Shown here one piece after another: positions 1-64,000 of a stretch of DNA of 64,000 bases. The notes below the pieces were generated by a model. That model saw only the letters and a list, made by a program, of their open reading frames with translations. It was not told the origin of the DNA and did not search any database. Where the stretch lies: the NCBI GenBank assembly GCA_964016885.1, contig OZ024762.1, positions 12,152,001 through 12,216,000 of the forward strand, in the 5' to 3' direction. Numbering within the stretch: the first letter of the stretch is position 1; each line of letters opens with the position of its first letter. The translations under genes were made by a program, and so were the position numbers. Source of the DNA: Eledone cirrhosa (taxonomy: Eukaryota).

Positions 1-1169
1 ATGTGGCGGGGATTTTACATACAATCGTGTAAAAAATATAAACAAATAATTACAACAATCGAAATCCCCAATAGGGGGCAAGCGCCACAAATGGGTTGTT
101 TAATACCCCGTCGATAGAACAACCCTAAACTCCAGGAGCGTGTTGTGCAAGTGTTCTCTTCTTCCTTTTGCTCTCTTAGGCAGATAGATAAATAGTAAGA
201 CAGACAGACAGACTAATAGATAGTAAGAGACTGGTAGATTGGTAGATATATGACAGCCAGACAGAATGTCGTGTTCTTAATAAAGAGTGCAAAATGGTGT
301 TAAAATTAATTAAACTACTGATTGTGGTTGTGGGGGAGGTGGTGGTGGTGTTGGAGTTAGTATCAGTGGTGGTGGTGTCGGGGGAGATGGTGGTGTTTGT
401 GTTAGTGGTGATGGTGGTGTTTGTGTTGGTGGTGGTGGTGTTAGTGTAAGTGGTGATGGTGGTGTTACTGGTGTTGGTGGAGGTGGTGTTAGTGTCGGTG
501 GAGATGGTGGTGTTTGTGTTAGTGGTGATGGTGGTGTTTGTGTTGGTGGTGGTGGTGTTACTGGTGTCGGTGGTGGTGGTGTTAGTGTCGGTGGTGGTGG
601 AGGTGGTGTTAGAGATGTTGATGGCAGCTAATTTTTTCCTCGCTCTGAAGCAAACGAAGGCAAAGTTGAAATTTCATGAGAGTCTTTAAATAATCAATAC
701 TGTATCAAATATTTCAATACTATTTACTTTTCTGCTGTTACAAAGGATAAGCTTGCTCCAATTAGCTTGATTAAGATAATTGGGTCTACTACAGGCTTCT
801 CCACCTGCTAGAAATAGCAGCCAAATATCTCTGAACCCTTTCATGACCACATTTCTAATGAAACACATGATGTTTTGATTAATTAACCCTTTAATGTTCA
901 AACTGGCCAGAATTCTCTACCTCTTTCTGTTGAAACTGGCTGTAACTGGCCACACATACTGATGTTAAGGTATTGTTCTCAAAATAAATACTTTCAAAAT
1001 CTCATAGTGAGATAATTATGCGAGATAAAGCCTTTACCATGAAAATACAATAGTAAATATAGAGTAATGTGAATGCTCAAGGGTTAATGAAGAATTATGA
1101 GTGATTTACTAAAATTATTAATTATTTTGTTACTAAGACAGTAACTTAATGTAAGGTTCTTATATAAAA

Positions 1170-2560
1170 TGACCACTCTTCTTCTTCTTCTCCTCCTCCC
1201 ATTCCTGAGAGGGTTTTTGGGGCAGTCCCCACACACTCCTTCCAGCAGGTCCTGTCAGAAGAAACAGTGTCCAACTGATCCGGCTGGATAGCCAAACATG
1301 ACCAGCCAAGCTCATGGATGTTATCCAACCATCTTGCTCAGGATCTACCCCTGGGTCTCCTGTTGGTTGGTTTTGCCTGTAAAATCTGTCCAGTGATTCT
1401 TTTGAGAGACATTCTAACCACATGTCCAAAGTATCAGAGCTGTGATCTCTCAATTCTGAGAAGTAGCAGCTCTACCTGGAGTGACTCTCTGATCTCCTGA
1501 GACATTCTAACCACATGCTCATAGTATCAGAGCTGTGATCTCTCAATTCAGAGTAGTAGCTGCTCTATCTGGAGTGACTCTCTGATCTCTGAGCTACAAA
1601 TCTGTCCAGTGATTCTTTCCTGAGACATTCTAACCACATGTCCAAAGTATCGAAGCTGTGGTCTCTCAATTCAGAGTAGTAGCTGCTCTACCTGGAGTGA
1701 CTCTCTGATCTCTGAGCTACAAATCTGTCCAGTGATTCTTTCCTGAGACATTCTAACCACATGTCCAAAGTATCGAAGCTGTGATCTCTCAATTCAGAGT
1801 AGTAGCTGCTCTACCTGGAGTGACTCTCTGATCTCTGAGCTACAAATCTGTCCAGTGATTCTTTCCTGAGACATTCTAACTACATGTCCATAATATCAGA
1901 GCTGTGGTCTCTCAATCCAGTGATTCTTTCCTGAGACATTCTAACCACATGTCCATAATATCAGAGCTGTGATCTCTCAATTCAGAGAAGTAGCAGCTCT
2001 ACCTAGAGTGACTCTCTGATCTCCTGAGACATTCTAACCACATGCTCATAGTATCAGAGCTGTGATATCTCAATTCAGAGAAGTAGCAGCTTTACCTAGA
2101 GTGACTCTCTGATCTCCTGAGACATTCTAACCACATGCTCATAGTTCAGAGCTGTGATATCTCAATTCAGAGAAGTAGCAGCTCTACCTAGAGTAACTCT
2201 CTGATCTCCTGAGACATTCTAACCACATGTTCATAGTATCAGAGCTGTGATATCTCAATTTGGAGAAGTAGCAGCTCTACCTAGAGTGACTCTCTGATCT
2301 CCTGAGACATTCTAACCACATGTTCATAGTATCAGAGCTGTGATATCTCAATTCGGAGAAGTAGCAGCTCTACCTAGAGTGACTCTCTGATCTCCTGAGA
2401 CATTCTAACCACATGTTCATAGTATCAGAGCTGTGATATCTCAATTTGGAAAATTAGCAGCTCTACCTAGAGTGACTCTCTGAACTCCTAGCTACGTACT
2501 CTATCAAATAACGTTACTCCAAAGACCCCTCGGATGAACCCCATTTCGGCCGCTTGTATT
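1170..2560 (-). mobile_element. RTE-clade (Expander/Rex3-like) LINE 3' fragment with internal tandem amplification
   Basis: Minus strand encodes IRESLQVELLLLRIERSQL*YFGHVVRMS...RRPRGRS*ARWLDNIHELGW, an RTE ORF C-terminus; an 87-123 bp piece of it is repeated about 11 times at 1400-2480. Confidence 0.8.
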
Positions 2561-2633
2561 TATGATTGTATTCTTTCGGTCCTTACCCAAGATTCCTGAC
2601 CATACTAAAACTTATATGTATCTTATGTTTCAG

Positions 2634-60373
<57,740 letters not shown>

Positions 60374-60964
60374 GTGAGCTGTTTTCTATTTTTTTTTATA
60401 TCTTTATACTCCTTGCTTAACCCTCTTGATACCAACCTGTTTGACCCCTTCACCCCTTGTCTAACTATACAAAACTGACCAGTTTAACCCTTTAGTTACC
60501 AACCCAGCCAAAACCAGCTCTGGTTCTATGAAATAAAATCTTCCAACATATTTTTAGATAAGAACCTTACATTAAGTTACTATCTTAGTAATGAAATAAT
60601 TAATAATTTTAGTAAATTACTCAAAATTCTTTATTAATTAATTGAAATAGAGTGTATTTCATTAGAAATGTGGTCATGAAAAGGTTAAAGTATTCATACT
60701 TATATTAAAAGTATCATCATAATATTTATGACATTTTTGTTAAGTATTTTTATAAACATCAGTTTACCATTGAACATGTTATTTGTTTATTTAAACTCCC
60801 TCCTAAACTTTATGTTCAGTCTGGTAACAAAGGGGTTAAGAAGCCGCTGCATGTGAAAGTTGTAATGTTTTTACGTGCTAATAACAACACACACCTCACA
60901 CTTCATCTCTCATTTGATATATATATGTCTGGACCAATAATATCTGATAGAGTTGTAATAATAC

Positions 60965-61082
60965 TGTAGTGGTGTCATAGTAACTTACAGCATCTTGTGG
61001 CCATTTTATATCTGGTGTAGTATGGACTACACTAGATATAAAATGGCAATAAAATGCTGTAAGTTACTACGGTACCACTACA
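60965..61082. mobile_element. Palindromic (foldback) MITE-like element
   Basis: TGTAGTGGT..TAGTAACTTACAGCAT..GCCATTTTATATCTGGTGTAGT mirrored by ACTACACTAGATATAAAATGGC..ATGCTGTAAGTTACTA..ACCACTACA. Confidence 0.75.
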
Positions 61083-61187
61083 ACACCATCAGAGGTATAG
61101 AAGAGGAATTAACCCTAGTACTGGATTGGTACATTTTTAATCAACCTCATTTATATATATATTTATATATTTATATATATATATATA

Positions 61188-61305
61188 TATAGGAAAATGT
61201 TAGACCCCGACGGCAGAGCCCAAGCCGGTTCGACAGCTATTTCTGGACTGAAATAGCCGTCGAAACGGCTTGAGTTCTGCCGTCAGGGTCATACATTTTC
61301 CTATT
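61188..61305. repeat. Long near-perfect inverted repeat belonging to a dispersed family
   Basis: About 55-bp arms AGGAAAATGT..GACCCCGACGGCAGAGCCCAAGCCG..GCTATTTC around a TGGACT loop; related partial copies at about 13736, 30724, 50317 and 50625. Confidence 0.85.
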
Positions 61306-61364
61306 ACCCACTCTAGTACCCTAAGTATTGAGTACTCTGGTGTGTTATGGTGTATATATATATA

Positions 61365-61478
61365 TTTGGGGAGGGTCATATTGTAATAATATTGCCAGAA
61401 ATAATATAAAACACACTCACAGTGGGTGTGTTTTATTATTATTTTTGGCACTGTTATAACAATATGACCCTCCCCAAA
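61365..61478. mobile_element. Palindromic MITE in a (TA)n site
   Basis: TTTGGGGAGGGTCATATTGT...ACAATATGACCCTCCCCAAA; the whole element is self-complementary. Confidence 0.8.
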
Positions 61479-61489
61479 TATATATATAC

Positions 61490-61590
61490 CATGGTGTCCC
61501 CCCACAAATGTATGCACACTTTGATTACCTGTACAGGCAATATCTATTAGAATGCTGTTGAAGTGTGTATACATTTTTTAGGACACCCTG
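61490..61590. mobile_element. Short Tc1-like MITE
   Basis: CATGGTGTCCCCCACAAATGTATGCACACTT / AAGTGTGTATACATTTTTTAGGACACCCTG imperfect TIRs. Confidence 0.65.
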
Positions 61591-62469
61591 TTTGTATATA
61601 TATATATATATATATATCATCATCATCACTGTTTAACATCCATTTTCCATGCTGGCATGGGTTAGACAGGTTGTCCACGTTATGAGACAAGTCTGGCCAG
61701 TTGGCCGGTCCATAAGATGCTCAAATGGAACTATTTTGGTTGGGATTTTTACAGCTGGATGCCCTTTCTAATCCGTGCTTACATATATATATATATTTGA
61801 CTGTCTGTGGTAAGAGGACTAGGTAATCCACGAATCAGAATAGATGCATGGAGGAATACTGAGTTGGCATATTATAATCATTTAGATATTCCAGGTCTGA
61901 AAAACACGGTCGATTTCTTCCCGAGAAGAAATGAGAGAGAGACCCATGCTAGCGTGGAAGAATGGACGTAAAACGGTGATGATGATGATGATGATGATAC
62001 CATGATATGGATGAAGGACCAACCCCAGTTCAGAACTGGTATATTTTTCTCGACCTTGAAAGGATTTGAACTCAAAGTACAGAGAACTGGAACAAGTATT
62101 GCAAATCATTTTATCCGACATTCTAACAACTCTGACAATTTACCACCTCACTTTGATAATATATATATATATGGAGGCACATGGCTTAGTGGTTAGAGCA
62201 TTGGCCTTGCAATCGAAAGGTTGTGAGTTCAATTCTCAGACCAGGTGATGTGTTGTGTCCTTGAGCAAGACACTTTATATCACATTATTCCAGTTTACTC
62301 AGCTGTAGAAATGAGATGATAGGACTGGGGTCCCTATCATTCCACTGCAAAGTGGTCGTGGAGGTGCCACAGCAAAAAAGCACCAGTTCCCATCCCACCC
62401 TTGCAAGCAGGGAAAAGCGGACGTAAAATGATGATGATGATGATATATATATACATGGAATTACTTACA

Positions 62470-62990
62470 TCACATCTCCAATCTTTACTGAAAATATAGA
62501 AGATGTCTGTCTTCCCCAGGCTCATTTCATCCCACTTGTGAGGCAAGGTGAGTCTTCTGTAGTCTGGTGGGTCACCACACAACTCCATTCTGTCTCATTC
62601 AAGAGCTTGAACCTATCATTCACCATCCAAAGTGTTCCCAGGTCTTTCCCTTCAACAAGTCCTATCGTGTAGCTGTTCTCTACCATGCACATCACATGTC
62701 CACACCAGCCATATCCTGTATACTGCATCTAATCCCTCTCATGCATAGCTTTTCTCTGTTTGCTAACCTTCCACCATTCATACACACAGCTATGGCATGT
62801 CCATTGGAGCATGCTTACTTCATTTCTTTCCAGTCTTCACAGATCCTCTGCATCCTCTGTATACAAGCCCCAAGTCTCACTTCTATGCAGCATCGCCATT
62901 TGCACACAAGCATCATGCAATATGCCTTTCATTCTGTCGAAGAAACCCTTTGTAGCCAGCAGAGGCTTTCACTCTAGCCACTGTACTTTC
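62470..62990 (-). mobile_element. Decayed RTE LINE fragment (ORF C-terminal region)
   Basis: Minus strand has a WCGHVMCM...LVEGK..PG motif typical of the RTE ORF end. Confidence 0.65.
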
Positions 62991-63699
62991 AGAACAACCC
63001 CTCGGCTGATTAGCCCTCTTGATACCAACCTGTTTCACCCCTTCATCCACGTCTAACTTTACAAAACTGACCAGTTTAACCCTTTTAGATACCAACTCAG
63101 CCAAAACAGGCTCTAGTTCTATGAAATAAAGTCACCCATTTTAAAGGTTTCCAACATAATTAAGTTACTATCTTAGTAATGAAATAATAATTTTAGTAAA
63201 TCACTCCAACATAATTTTATATAAGAACCTTACATTAAGTTACTATCTCAGTAATGAAATAATTGATTTTAATAAATTCCTCAAAATTCTTCATCAATTA
63301 CTTGAAATAGAGTGTATTTCATTAAAAATGTCATGAAAGGGTTAAGTCACCTAGATATCAAAAACTGTTCACTATATCTAGGAGGGCCCTTTGAGCATTT
63401 GATAGACTCTGTTTCGTGTTAGCTCCTGTTAATGTTCCTCTGTATTTGTCACGTACGATGTCTACATCCTTTATTAACCTCTCCAATGTCTCACATCTCT
63501 TCTGTACTCATACTTTACCATTTCTACCAACTTCATTTTTGTATATTGTGTATAGCTGGTCTTACTTGGAGATCCAGCTGGATCAGTTGGAGACAGTTGC
63601 TTCCGACAGGACCCGCTGCAAGGACTGTTTGAGGACTGCCCCCACAACCTTCTCAGGAAGAAGTGGGCAAAGAAGAAGTGTGTGACCATTTTGCTGCCA

Positions 63700-64000
63700 G
63701 AATCAGGATCTTCCCATCTTTCCTAAGACTTTAGTCTTTGAGAAATTGACCTTGAGGTGTTTTGATTCCAGATTTTGCTTCCATGTCTGGAATTTCTTTT
63801 CTAGTTCCTCTGTGGATTCAGCAATGAGAACTAGTCATAGCTAAACTTATAGGGATCCCCATGGGCAGCCAGTCGTAACTGTCTCCATTATCACTCTGAG
63901 GACTAAAGTAAACAATAAACGGAAGAAGGCTGAGGACAGAACCTTGGTGGACTCCCACCTGCACTCTAAACTTATCACTACACTCATTAACGTTGCCCTT
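63700..64000 (-). mobile_element. RTE LINE reverse transcriptase fragment
   Basis: Minus strand reads FRVQVGVHQGSVLS...DLVLIAESTEELERKFQTWKQNLESKHLKVNFSKTK. Confidence 0.8.

Overview
Eukaryotic, AT-rich, microsatellite-laden genomic DNA. The SINE/MITE repertoire suggests a coleoid cephalopod, probably an octopod (inference). The window lies inside one + strand gene, REV3L (DNA polymerase zeta catalytic subunit). I reconstructed 14 phase-consistent GT-AG exons from 2634 to 60373, including a 7,108-bp giant exon (40293-47400). The first exon(s) and the C-terminal polymerase domain fall outside the window. Introns hold CORE-type and a second family of tRNA-derived SINEs, RTE LINE fragments, piggyBac-, hAT- and Tc1-type MITEs, two mariner fossils, and many minisatellites, several visibly amplified from transposon fragments. 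The most notable non-obvious signal is a set of at least seven type I hammerhead-ribozyme folds in the introns, five of them on the pre-mRNA strand. Most have palindromic or near-palindromic helix III, and several carry unusual core variants (U3-A8 compensation, U4C, non-canonical 10.1/11.1 closure, a ~100-nt helix II insertion). Almost all other ORFs in the track are microsatellite artefacts. All family assignments are from recalled sequences; no search was run.
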